Shown: positions 1 to 8,418 of the stretch, piece by piece | Layout: each line of letters opens with the position of its first letter | Numbering within the stretch: position 1 is the stretch's first letter | Origin: Anaerovoracaceae bacterium | GTDB taxonomy: Bacteria; Bacillota_I; Bacilli_A; Erysipelotrichales; Erysipelotrichaceae | NCBI GenBank assembly: GCA_963606005.1 | Contig: CAVCVO010000054.1 | Coordinates: 1,988-65,987 of the forward strand | Reading direction: 5' to 3' | Length of the DNA stretch: 64,000 nucleotides | Notes under the pieces: model-generated | Databases searched by the model: none | Seen by the model: the letters and a program-made list of their open reading frames with translations, nothing else | Told to the model about the DNA's origin: nothing | Made by a program: the position numbers and the translations under genes

Positions 1-2490
1 GATCCTTTGACCCAAAATGGTAAATGGTCTATTTTCTTCATCATCATTGGTACTTCTGTTTCTATAGGAGGAATAGTTGGGGCCTTCTTATTAAAAGATG
101 AAGTAAAGAGTAAAAGTAAGAGATCATTTATTTCTAATATCACCTATGGTTTTAATGTTAAGACTATAAAGGAGAATAAGGAGTTATATTATGCTCTTAT
201 CATTTTATTAGTCTTTTCGATATCTACTCAGATATTTATGCCATATATGATCATCTATATTCAAAAGTATTTGCAGATCAGTAATTATGCGATCATCTTA
301 GGTGTTGTTTTAATATTATCTTCACTTATCTCAGTATTACTTGGTACAGTCATTGATAAGATTGGAGCAGATAGTTTGTATATTCCAGCAGTAATTGTTT
401 TAACTATTGGTTTACTACTAATGTATGTAGTAAGAAAGCCAATAGCTATCATGGTCTCTGGTACGATCATGATGAGTGGTAACTTGTTAGTCACTTCCTT
501 AGTAAATGGTACTATTAGAAATAATACACCAGAAAAACAAGCTGGTTCTATTCAAGGGATAAGAATGATCTTTGGGGTAATGTTACCTATGATCATTGGC
601 CCTTTCATTGGGGCAGCAGTCATTAAAAATAGTGGTATGACTTATGAGGAGTTAGGCTCTGTTAAGCAAGTCCCTACGCCTTCTATCTGGCTTGCCGCAG
701 CGATAGTAGCACTATTAATATTAGTCCCTTATCATTTCTATATGAAGGCTCAAAAGATTAAAAAACAGAAACACAACAATCTTTTAACGAGTTATGGTAA
801 AGATCTTGATATCAATGCTGTTTTACCTGAGTATCCTCGACCACAATTTAGAAGAGATTCTTATATCAACCTAAATGGCTTATGGAGATATGCGATTAAT
901 CAAAGTGAGAGTAAACCAGCAGTTTATGATGGTGATATCGTTGTGCCTTTTTCTCCTGAATCTATCTTATCAAGGGTAAATAGGACGATAACTGATAAAG
1001 ATACTTTATGGTATTGTAAGAAGTTTACTTTGCCTAATGACTTTAATAAAGGATTAGTACATTTACATTTTGGGGCAGTTGATCAGCTTTGTGAAGTATA
1101 CTTGAATGATACATTAGTCACTACCCATGTTGGTGGTTACTTACCGTTTGAGGTAGAGATAAGCCAATACTTAAAAGAAGAAAATGAACTTGTTGTTAAA
1201 GTAAAGGATTGTACTGACAAGTCCTATTATTCTAGAGGTAAGCAATCTAGTAATAGGGGAGGTATTTGGTATACTCCAATCAGTGGCATTTGGCAGACTG
1301 TTTGGTTAGAATCAACTCCTATTGAATATATTCATGGCATTAAGTTAAACATTGATTATGATAAACAATCAGTTAATTTAGTCATTGATGGTGATAGTGA
1401 AACTTATAGAGTTAAAGTAAAAGAAAAAGATAAGGTCATTTACGACCAAGAAGTAACTTCTAATTGTAATATCTATATTGAAAATATGCATAGTTGGTCA
1501 CCAGAAGATCCATTCTTGTATGATCTGACTATTTCTAATGGTGCTGATGAAGTTTCTTCCTACTTTGGTATGAGAAAGTTCTCTGTAAGCTGTGATGAAA
1601 AAGGTAAAAAACGTTTGTTCTTGAATAATAAGCCTTATTTCCATAAGGGAGTATTAGATCAAGGTTATTATTCTGATGGTATCTATACACCAGCTAGTTA
1701 TAAACAAATGGAAGATGATATTCAAATGTTAAAAGATATGGGCTTTAATACGATAAGAAAACATATCAAGATCGAACCTTTATACTTCTATTATTTATGC
1801 GATAAGATGGGCATATTATTGTGGCAAGATATGGTTAATGGTGGTACTAAGAATTCTTTCTGGACTACTATGGCTTTCCCTTATATGAACATCACTTTAA
1901 ATGATCATAAGTATTGGTGGTTTTCAAGAAGTAAAAAAGAATCAAGAGATATGTATTATAAAGAAACTAAAGATACTATTGAGTTATTATATAATACAGT
2001 TTCATTAGCTTTGTGGGTGCCATTCAACGAAGGTTGGGGTCAATTTGATGCTAAAGAAGTTTATAACTTCGTTAAGAGTTTAGATGGTAGTAGAATGATC
2101 GATCACGCTAGTGGTTGGCATGATCAAAAAGCTGGAGATTTATTTAGTAAGCATATTTATTTCCAAGATATCTCTTTTGAAGAAGATGAAAGAGTATGGG
2201 CTTTGACAGAATATGGTGGATATTCGCAAATGATCAAGGGTCATAGCTATAATGATGCTGCTTATGGTTATAAACTGTTTAATAATCAAATAGATCTTCA
2301 GAGTGCTTTCTTACAATTACATACCGAACAGATCATACCTTTGATCGAAAAAGGATTAAGTGCAACTATCTATACGCAATTATCAGATGTCGAGGATGAG
2401 GTTAATGGTTTAGTCACTTATGATCGAAAAGTAGTTAAGTATGATAAGAAGTTTGTTAAGGGCATTAATGATAAGTTAGTCATTAAATAA
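1..2490 (+). CDS. MFS-type permease (C-terminal half visible) fused in frame to a glycoside hydrolase family 2 enzyme; 5'-partial
   Basis: Frame 1 is open from nt 1, with no stop before the listed TTG at 7. The first ~250 aa are consecutive hydrophobic helices. From 'LPEYPRPQFRRDSYINLNGLWRY' onward the protein looks GH2-like ('WSPEDPFLYDL', 'NTIRKHIKIEP', 'PFNEGWGQF'). Confidence 0.7.
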   Translation, partial: DPLTQNGKWSIFFIIIGTSVSIGGIVGAFLLKDEVKSKSKRSFISNITYGFNVKTIKENKELYYALIILLVFSISTQIFMPYMIIYIQKYLQISNYAIILGVVLILSSLISVLLGTVIDKIGADSLYIPAVIVLTIGLLLMYVVRKPIAIMVSGTIMMSGNLLVTSLVNGTIRNNTPEKQAGSIQGIRMIFGVMLPMIIGPFIGAAVIKNSGMTYEELGSVKQVPTPSIWLAAAIVALLILVPYHFYMKAQKIKKQKHNNLLTSYGKDLDINAVLPEYPRPQFRRDSYINLNGLWRYAINQSESKPAVYDGDIVVPFSPESILSRVNRTITDKDTLWYCKKFTLPNDFNKGLVHLHFGAVDQLCEVYLNDTLVTTHVGGYLPFEVEISQYLKEENELVVKVKDCTDKSYYSRGKQSSNRGGIWYTPISGIWQTVWLESTPIEYIHGIKLNIDYDKQSVNLVIDGDSETYRVKVKEKDKVIYDQEVTSNCNIYIENMHSWSPEDPFLYDLTISNGADEVSSYFGMRKFSVSCDEKGKKRLFLNNKPYFHKGVLDQGYYSDGIYTPASYKQMEDDIQMLKDMGFNTIRKHIKIEPLYFYYLCDKMGILLWQDMVNGGTKNSFWTTMAFPYMNITLNDHKYWWFSRSKKESRDMYYKETKDTIELLYNTVSLALWVPFNEGWGQFDAKEVYNFVKSLDGSRMIDHASGWHDQKAGDLFSKHIYFQDISFEEDERVWALTEYGGYSQMIKGHSYNDAAYGYKLFNNQIDLQSAFLQLHTEQIIPLIEKGLSATIYTQLSDVEDEVNGLVTYDRKVVKYDKKFVKGINDKLVIK

Positions 2491-2496
2491 GATTAG

Positions 2497-2525
2497 AAGC
2501 TGAGTTTTAGGATTCAGCTTTTATT
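2497..2525 (+). terminator. intrinsic terminator after the GH2 fusion gene
   Basis: Stem AAGCTGA (2497-2503) pairs with TCAGCTT (2514-2520), followed by TTATT. Confidence 0.55.
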
Positions 2526-2551
2526 GTGGCAAAATACAAAATTGCCACAAT
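2523..2551. promoter_or_regulatory. 10-bp inverted repeat ATTGTGGCAA-N9-TTGCCACAAT; candidate operator/activator site for the PTS operon
   Basis: The arms are perfectly complementary and lie about 18 nt upstream of the predicted -35 of the PTS operon. It could alternatively be a second terminator hairpin. Confidence 0.4.
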
Positions 2552-2568
2552 TTGTTGTAAAAATAAAA

Positions 2569-2597
2569 TTGAGAGCTAATTATACTATTATTATAAT
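2569..2597 (+). promoter_or_regulatory. sigma-A-type promoter candidate for PTS locus A
   Basis: -35 TTGAGA (2569-2574), 17-nt spacer, -10 TATAAT (2592-2597). Confidence 0.4.
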
Positions 2598-2610
2598 GTA
2601 ATCGTTAACA
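2597..2610 (+). promoter_or_regulatory. cre (CcpA/catabolite-responsive element) candidate
   Basis: TGTAATCGTTAACA matches the consensus TGWAANCGNTNWCA at every defined position and abuts the -10 box. Confidence 0.55.
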
Positions 2611-2645
2611 GAGATAGTACTATCAGAAAATTAGGAGGAGTATTT

Positions 2646-3140
2646 ATGAAAATCGTTAATGCTCGCATTGATGAAAGATTAGTTCATGGAATGGTTGCTA
2701 CTTTTTGGATTCCTACTTTAAAGGTTGATAGGGTTATTTGTGCTGATGATGAAAGTGCTAATAATCCAATGATCAAGAATGCTTTACGTATGGCTACACC
2801 TCAGGGTGTTTCTCTTTCAGTTATTACTGTTGAAAAGGCAATAACTAATTTATTAAGTGAGAAATATGGAGAAGAAAAGATCATGATTGTAGCAAAGAAA
2901 GTAGAGGTTTATGAAAAGATGATCGATGCAGGTATTGGTCTAACAACTATAACCTTAGGCAATATGAATGTTATCAACAAGCCACTTGATGCGAAAATCG
3001 TGACTAATTTCTTAAATGTTACGTTAAGTGAGAAAAAAGTATTTGAGAAGTTACATGATGAAGCGATTGCACTTGAGATTAGGTTAATCCCTGGGGATTC
3101 TCCTACTGATTTTTATTCCATAATGGAAAGCAAGTTTTGA
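2646..3140 (+). CDS. PTS mannose/fructose/sorbose-family EIIB
   Basis: The N-terminal 'IDERLVHGMVATFW' matches the phospho-His loop of Man-family EIIB. Size is 164 aa, and AGGAGG lies upstream. Confidence 0.9.
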   Translation: MKIVNARIDERLVHGMVATFWIPTLKVDRVICADDESANNPMIKNALRMATPQGVSLSVITVEKAITNLLSEKYGEEKIMIVAKKVEVYEKMIDAGIGLTTITLGNMNVINKPLDAKIVTNFLNVTLSEKKVFEKLHDEAIALEIRLIPGDSPTDFYSIMESKF

Positions 3141-3166
3141 TCAGATTACATTAAGGAGGAGAATAA

Positions 3167-3967
3167 ATGTTTTCGGTTATGCAGATTATTTTGATCTGTT
3201 TGGCAGCATTTTTTGTTCAATTGGAAATGAACAATAGTCAACAGTTCATAAAATGTTTTGGAGAAAAAGTTTTGTCTGGTGTCCTAGTAGGACTTATCAT
3301 GGGAGATCTTCCTACTGGTTTATTAGTGGGTGGCAATATGGAATTAATGGCTTTAGGTGTTTCAGGTTTTGGTGGAGCATCTGTTCCTAACTATTTAGTT
3401 GGAACTATGGTCGGTACAGCTTTTGCTTGTGCTACTGGTGGAGGAATGGAAGTAGCTTTACTTGTTGGTATTCCTACTGCCACTTTAGGAACGTCAATTG
3501 ATGTATTGGCTAAAATGGCTGGTTCATTCTGGCTTCATTTAACACAAAAGCAAGCAGAAAAGCGAGAGTATAAGAAAGTATATAAGACTATTGCTTTGGC
3601 TAATATCTTTGGTGGCCGTATCATGTTAGCTAATGTCTTACCAATATTACTTTATTTGGTATTAGGTTCAGCATTTATTGATCAAGTATTGGCTATCATA
3701 CCAGATAGCGTGATAAAGGCTTTAAAAGTTACTGGTAATGTTTTACCAGCTTTAGGTATGGCTATCTTATTAAAATATTTACCTATTAAAGAGAACTTCC
3801 AATACCTTATCTTGGGATTTGTCCTTTATAGTTATTTAAACTTAGCAGTATTGCCTATAGCTTTGATCGGAGCAGTTATTGTTATAACTATTTATCAAAG
3901 AGCAGAAAAAGAAAGAAAACAGACAAATGTGATTAATACAGTTAATGGAGGTATTGGGGATGAGTGA
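3167..3967 (+). CDS. PTS mannose-family EIIC
   Basis: Polytopic 266-aa membrane protein positioned between EIIB and EIID. AAGGAGG RBS. Confidence 0.85.
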   Translation: MFSVMQIILICLAAFFVQLEMNNSQQFIKCFGEKVLSGVLVGLIMGDLPTGLLVGGNMELMALGVSGFGGASVPNYLVGTMVGTAFACATGGGMEVALLVGIPTATLGTSIDVLAKMAGSFWLHLTQKQAEKREYKKVYKTIALANIFGGRIMLANVLPILLYLVLGSAFIDQVLAIIPDSVIKALKVTGNVLPALGMAILLKYLPIKENFQYLILGFVLYSYLNLAVLPIALIGAVIVITIYQRAEKERKQTNVINTVNGGIGDE

Positions 3968-4766
3968 GCAAGTTCAGTTGACTAAGTCAGATTTAAGACG
4001 TTTCTCTTTGCGTTATATGTTTTCATCACAAGCTTGTTGGAACTACGAAACTCAACAATCTGTTGGTGGTATATATGCAATCGGTCCATTTTTGGAAAAG
4101 ATCTATGCTGATGATCCAGATCTTTTGAATGAAAAGTTTAAAGCTTACTTCCAATTCTTTAACACGCAGACATTCTTTGGCGCTGCTTTGTTAGCAGGTT
4201 GCTTAGCAATTGAGTCAACAAAGGAAGAAGGCTGTACAGAGACAGCATTAGCTTTACGTACTTCTTTGATGGGACCATTTGCTGGTATTGGTGATGCTTT
4301 ATTTGGTTCTTTACCTCGTACGATCTTAGCTGCTATGAGTGGTTATGCTGCGGTACAGGGAGATATTGTTACGGGTATCATGACTTGTATCTTTGGCGGA
4401 GCACTGTTATTCTTTTTAAGATGGACACTTATCAAGATTGGCTATTATAAAGGAGCAGAATTTATCGCAGAGAAGAAAGAACAGTTGAACAATGTTCGTA
4501 ATGCTGTTTCAATTCTTGGCATTATGATCGTGGGCTGTTTGATTGCTTCAAATGTTAAAGTTACTACCCCTCTTACAATAACAATTGGGGAATCGGTAAC
4601 TGAAGTTCAGTCAGTATTAAATAAATTATTACCTAATTTATTACCTGCTTTAACAGTATTAGCAGTATATAAAGGCTTAGATATTAAAAAGATGAATACA
4701 GTACGCATGGTCTGGATCATTGTTATCGTCAGCATGATCTTGGCAATGTGTGGTATCATTGCTTAA
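3960..4766 (+). CDS. PTS mannose-family EIID
   Basis: 'SLMGPFAGIGDALF' is the EIID signature region. ATG 3960 is preferred over 3945 because GGAGG at 3947-3951 serves it. Confidence 0.85.
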   Translation: MSEQVQLTKSDLRRFSLRYMFSSQACWNYETQQSVGGIYAIGPFLEKIYADDPDLLNEKFKAYFQFFNTQTFFGAALLAGCLAIESTKEEGCTETALALRTSLMGPFAGIGDALFGSLPRTILAAMSGYAAVQGDIVTGIMTCIFGGALLFFLRWTLIKIGYYKGAEFIAEKKEQLNNVRNAVSILGIMIVGCLIASNVKVTTPLTITIGESVTEVQSVLNKLLPNLLPALTVLAVYKGLDIKKMNTVRMVWIIVIVSMILAMCGIIA

Positions 4767-4767
4767 A

Positions 4768-5181
4768 ATGTACAAGATTTTAATAGTCTCACATGGTAGG
4801 ATGTGCGAAGGGGTATTAGATACTCTTCGCATATTCGTGCCGAGTTTAACACATGTAACGGCAATACCATTTTACAGTGAGGGGATTGATGGTGTTAGTG
4901 TGTATAAAGAATATATCAATAACATTACCGACGAAGATGTTGTTGTGATATTTACTGATCTATTAAATGGGAGTGTTCATCAGATGGTATGTAATGATCT
5001 TAAAGAGAAAAGCAATGTACATATCATAGCTGGATTTAATCTTCCTACAATCTTTGATCTTGTCTTAAAAGAAAAAGAAGATATTAATGATGAATGTATA
5101 AGAAGTGCTTTAAAGATGGGAAAAGATTGCATGGTTTATATGAAAGATTATTCTTTTTTGCTTGAGTCTGATGATGAATAA
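4768..5181 (+). CDS. PTS mannose-family EIIA
   Basis: 'MYKILIVSHGRMCEG' is the N-terminal phospho-His motif of EIIA-Man. Start is set at 4768, just after the EIID stop. Confidence 0.8.
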   Translation: MYKILIVSHGRMCEGVLDTLRIFVPSLTHVTAIPFYSEGIDGVSVYKEYINNITDEDVVVIFTDLLNGSVHQMVCNDLKEKSNVHIIAGFNLPTIFDLVLKEKEDINDECIRSALKMGKDCMVYMKDYSFLLESDDE

Positions 5182-5215
5182 ATGATTTTGTTTTAAAATT
5201 ATATGTGAGGAAAAT

Positions 5216-7096
5216 ATGGGAAATATCGATATTCGCCAAAACACATTGTTAGCTATCTTATATGAAAGACAAGGAGAGTATTTAAAAGCAGAAGACTTGT
5301 CAAAACAAGTTGGAAAGTCTTTGAAGACTATTCGTAATGATATAGCATACTTAAAAATGATTGGAAACAAGAATGGATTTTTGATTGAAAGTAGGACTAA
5401 TCAAGGGTATATGTTATCCGTTATTGATGAAAGCTTATTGGAAAAATATTTAAATGAGAATGGTACACCATTTTATAGCAAGGTAGCTTATTTATCCGAA
5501 AAGTCTATTTCTTATCAAATTGCATTTTTCTTGTGTTTACAAAGCCAGGCAGTTAGTATTGAAGATTTAGAAGAAAAATTAAATTATAGTGTTTCAGTCA
5601 TTAGAAAAAACATAGCGATACTTAAACAAAGTCTAGCAAATCATGGCTTGATCTTAGAAAATAGTAAGAACGAGATTTCAATTCAAGGAGAAGAATATCT
5701 TAAAAGAATGTATCTTGCTTTTATTTTAGTTGGCGTAAGGTGCGAAGTGGCGAGAGATTTTTTTCCGGAAAAGAAAAATAAAGAGTTATTGAGTGAGTTA
5801 TCCAGTGAGCTAAAAGGAAAAGCTTTTTCTATCTCCACAAGAAGTAGAAAGATCTTGGTTCAATATCTTCAACTATTAGTTTTTAGGACAATGACAGGAT
5901 TTAAAGATAAAAATGATATTGATGTTAAGAAGTTAGAGATGAATTATCCTCAACAGGTAGAGTGTTGTAAAAATATATTAGATAAGTTATCTAAAGGTAA
6001 TCATTTGAATTTTACTAAGGAAGAACAAGCAATATTTACAGTTATCTTTATCGTAAATAGTTATCCTAAACAATGTAATACAGTTATCGATGCGGATCAA
6101 ACGGAAAGAATTGATTTTCTTTTGAAAACTTGTTCGGAAATATTAAATGATAAAAGCATAATTGATTATCAATGGTTGAGAAATCAATTAGCCTATTTTA
6201 CTTACAGTGAGCAATATCGTAATAAATACCTCATTCGCGATTTTTCTTTTAATCCAACTAAGATGAAGATAAATAGAGCCAATTTTGTTGAGCTAGCTTA
6301 TGAAGTATATAAGAGGTATGCTGAAAGATTTGGGGTTGAAGTGTGTGAAAGAGAGGTCATTTTTTTAGCCGAATGTTTAGGAAATGTTTTTGCTTATAGT
6401 GATACTAATAAGATTGACATGACTGTAGGTGTCATCTCCAAGTGTGGAATATTTGAATCCAGAAGGATTGCTGAGATGCTAAGATTAAATCTTCTAGACT
6501 TTCATGGCAAGTTTATTGCTTGTGATAAAGAAGATATCGTTAGTGGAGCAGAACTATTGATCAGTGATGATAAAAAGTTAACTACTGATAAGCCAGTTTT
6601 TTATATTGAGGAATATCCGAGATATTATGACGTTAAAAATATTGAGACGTTTTTAAGAAAAGATAAGAATTCATTTAATTCAAAAAATAGTAATATCAGT
6701 AAGAAATTGTTTGAGTGTTGTTTTAATAGTAAAGAGCAAGCATTGGAATATATCGATGAATTATTTAGAAAAGAAAACGGTACAAAGAAAACAGTTTTGA
6801 AACAGTTAATAGATAGAGATAAGGTTGTATCTTATGAGGCTGTTAATAAGATAGCTTTGATCTGTATTCGAGATGATGAAGTTAAAGATAATAAGATTTG
6901 CTTTATCCATTTAGGGAAATCTATTTTGTGGTTTTTAAATGAAGTGCAGTTTATTGTAGTGGTAATGTTAGATAAAAAACCACAACAATTTAAATATCTT
7001 TCCGGTTCTTTATCAACAATATTAAGTGATTGGGGATTTGTTAATGAATTTATAAAGGATCCCTCAATTGAATTGATCAACAAAAAATATATTTAG
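5216..7096 (+). CDS. PRD-domain transcriptional regulator (LicR/MtlR/ManR-like: two N-terminal HTH domains, PRDs, EIIB/EIIA-like tail)
   Basis: N-terminal winged-HTH-like segments ('AEDLSKQVGKSLKTIRNDIAYLK', 'VSIEDLEEKLNYSVSVIRKNIAILK'). Length and position next to a PTS operon fit. There is an EIIB-like 'VGVISKCG' segment. Confidence 0.7.
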   Translation: MGNIDIRQNTLLAILYERQGEYLKAEDLSKQVGKSLKTIRNDIAYLKMIGNKNGFLIESRTNQGYMLSVIDESLLEKYLNENGTPFYSKVAYLSEKSISYQIAFFLCLQSQAVSIEDLEEKLNYSVSVIRKNIAILKQSLANHGLILENSKNEISIQGEEYLKRMYLAFILVGVRCEVARDFFPEKKNKELLSELSSELKGKAFSISTRSRKILVQYLQLLVFRTMTGFKDKNDIDVKKLEMNYPQQVECCKNILDKLSKGNHLNFTKEEQAIFTVIFIVNSYPKQCNTVIDADQTERIDFLLKTCSEILNDKSIIDYQWLRNQLAYFTYSEQYRNKYLIRDFSFNPTKMKINRANFVELAYEVYKRYAERFGVEVCEREVIFLAECLGNVFAYSDTNKIDMTVGVISKCGIFESRRIAEMLRLNLLDFHGKFIACDKEDIVSGAELLISDDKKLTTDKPVFYIEEYPRYYDVKNIETFLRKDKNSFNSKNSNISKKLFECCFNSKEQALEYIDELFRKENGTKKTVLKQLIDRDKVVSYEAVNKIALICIRDDEVKDNKICFIHLGKSILWFLNEVQFIVVVMLDKKPQQFKYLSGSLSTILSDWGFVNEFIKDPSIELINKKYI

Positions 7097-7108
7097 TGGA
7101 GTAATAGA

Positions 7109-8356
7109 ATGAAATTATATGCTACAAAGGTGTGTATAACACCTATTGAACCAGTTTTGCAAGGAGGTTATGGGACAAGAGATCACGCTTATGAAGCAGT
7201 GCATGATGATTTATACGCAAGTATCTTTATTTTGGAGATTCAAGATGAAGAATATGTGTGGATAAGTTGTGATCTAAGCAATGGGACTAAAGCTTTGTTA
7301 GATGAAATGATCAAAAATTTACGTTTGCAAAATTGTAATATTGAAAAAGATCATATCATATTTGCTGGTTCTCACACTCATAGTGGGCCGAATATTTATG
7401 TAGAAAAAGAGCCTGAAAAGGCTGATAGGAATTGTTTTAAATATATTGCTAAGACAATAGCAAGTGCTGTAGTAGAGGCTTTTAATGAAGAAAGAGTTGA
7501 AGTCAGTACGAAGTATTCTGATATTGTTATCGATGGTTTGTATTCAAATAGAAATTCCAAAATAAAACAGTGCGATAAGCATGTACATGTGCTTGCTTTC
7601 TATAATCAGGATAAATTATATGCGATGTGGGTGTGCTTATCTCATCATTGTACAGTCTTAGGAGCAAGCAATTATCAATTGACTGCTGATCTTTTTGGAG
7701 CAATGAGAAAGATATTAGAAGAGAACTATCATTGTGAAGTGATGATGGCTCAAGGAAATGCTGCTGACATGAGCAATCATATGTATAGAAAAGAAGCATC
7801 ATTTAAAGAGTTAGAATATCAATCACAAGCAATCTGTAAGCAGATAATCGAAAAGATGGATTTAGTTGATATTGATATGGATAGTGTGGATCACTCTAGT
7901 TATGTTCATACACAATTGTATAGTTTAGATTCATCTAAGTATAAAAAAGATCTTGAAAATTATATAAAACAAGACTCATTAACAGATGACAAAGAAACTA
8001 AGAAGTGGTTGAATTCAAAAATCAGAGCTTGTAAACGTAAAATAGCATTGGGCGATGGATTGCAGCTTATTGATATGCCTTTTGAAATATGGGATATGTC
8101 ACAAGTTCAGATCATTGTGGTTCCTGGAGAATTAGGATCAGTATTAGGTTTAAAGATAAAGCATGCAAGTTATAAAAAGCCATGTATCATCTGGGGTTAT
8201 AGTAATGGTGCTAATTTAGGATATTTAGTAGAAAAAGAAGCTTATGAGCAAGACTCATTTGAAAGTAATATCTCTAATTATCCAAGTGGAGTTGCTGATG
8301 ATTATACAGAAAGTATAATAAAAGTATTGAAGAAGAGGGAACAGACTTTGAGATAA
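7109..8356 (+). CDS. neutral/alkaline ceramidase-like amidohydrolase (paralogue 1)
   Basis: 'AGSHTHSGP' resembles the Zn-binding HTHSGP motif of neutral ceramidases. 'VPGELGSVLG' and 'GYSNGANLGY' fit the same family architecture. It starts 12 nt after the regulator gene. Confidence 0.6.
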   Translation: MKLYATKVCITPIEPVLQGGYGTRDHAYEAVHDDLYASIFILEIQDEEYVWISCDLSNGTKALLDEMIKNLRLQNCNIEKDHIIFAGSHTHSGPNIYVEKEPEKADRNCFKYIAKTIASAVVEAFNEERVEVSTKYSDIVIDGLYSNRNSKIKQCDKHVHVLAFYNQDKLYAMWVCLSHHCTVLGASNYQLTADLFGAMRKILEENYHCEVMMAQGNAADMSNHMYRKEASFKELEYQSQAICKQIIEKMDLVDIDMDSVDHSSYVHTQLYSLDSSKYKKDLENYIKQDSLTDDKETKKWLNSKIRACKRKIALGDGLQLIDMPFEIWDMSQVQIIVVPGELGSVLGLKIKHASYKKPCIIWGYSNGANLGYLVEKEAYEQDSFESNISNYPSGVADDYTESIIKVLKKREQTLR

Positions 8357-8418
8357 TCTATTGTTCTCTCTTTTCACTTTTTCGATTATAATTGTTGTAT
8401 AAAGTTGGAGGAATAAGT

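Noticed and set aside
2525-2549. TGGCA...TTGC within the palindrome as a sigma-54 (-24/-12) promoter, as expected for LevR-regulated Man-PTS operons.
   Set aside because: The GG-to-GC spacing is 16 nt rather than the required 12. The regulators here are HTH/PRD (LicR/MtlR) types with no sigma-54 AAA+ activator domain.
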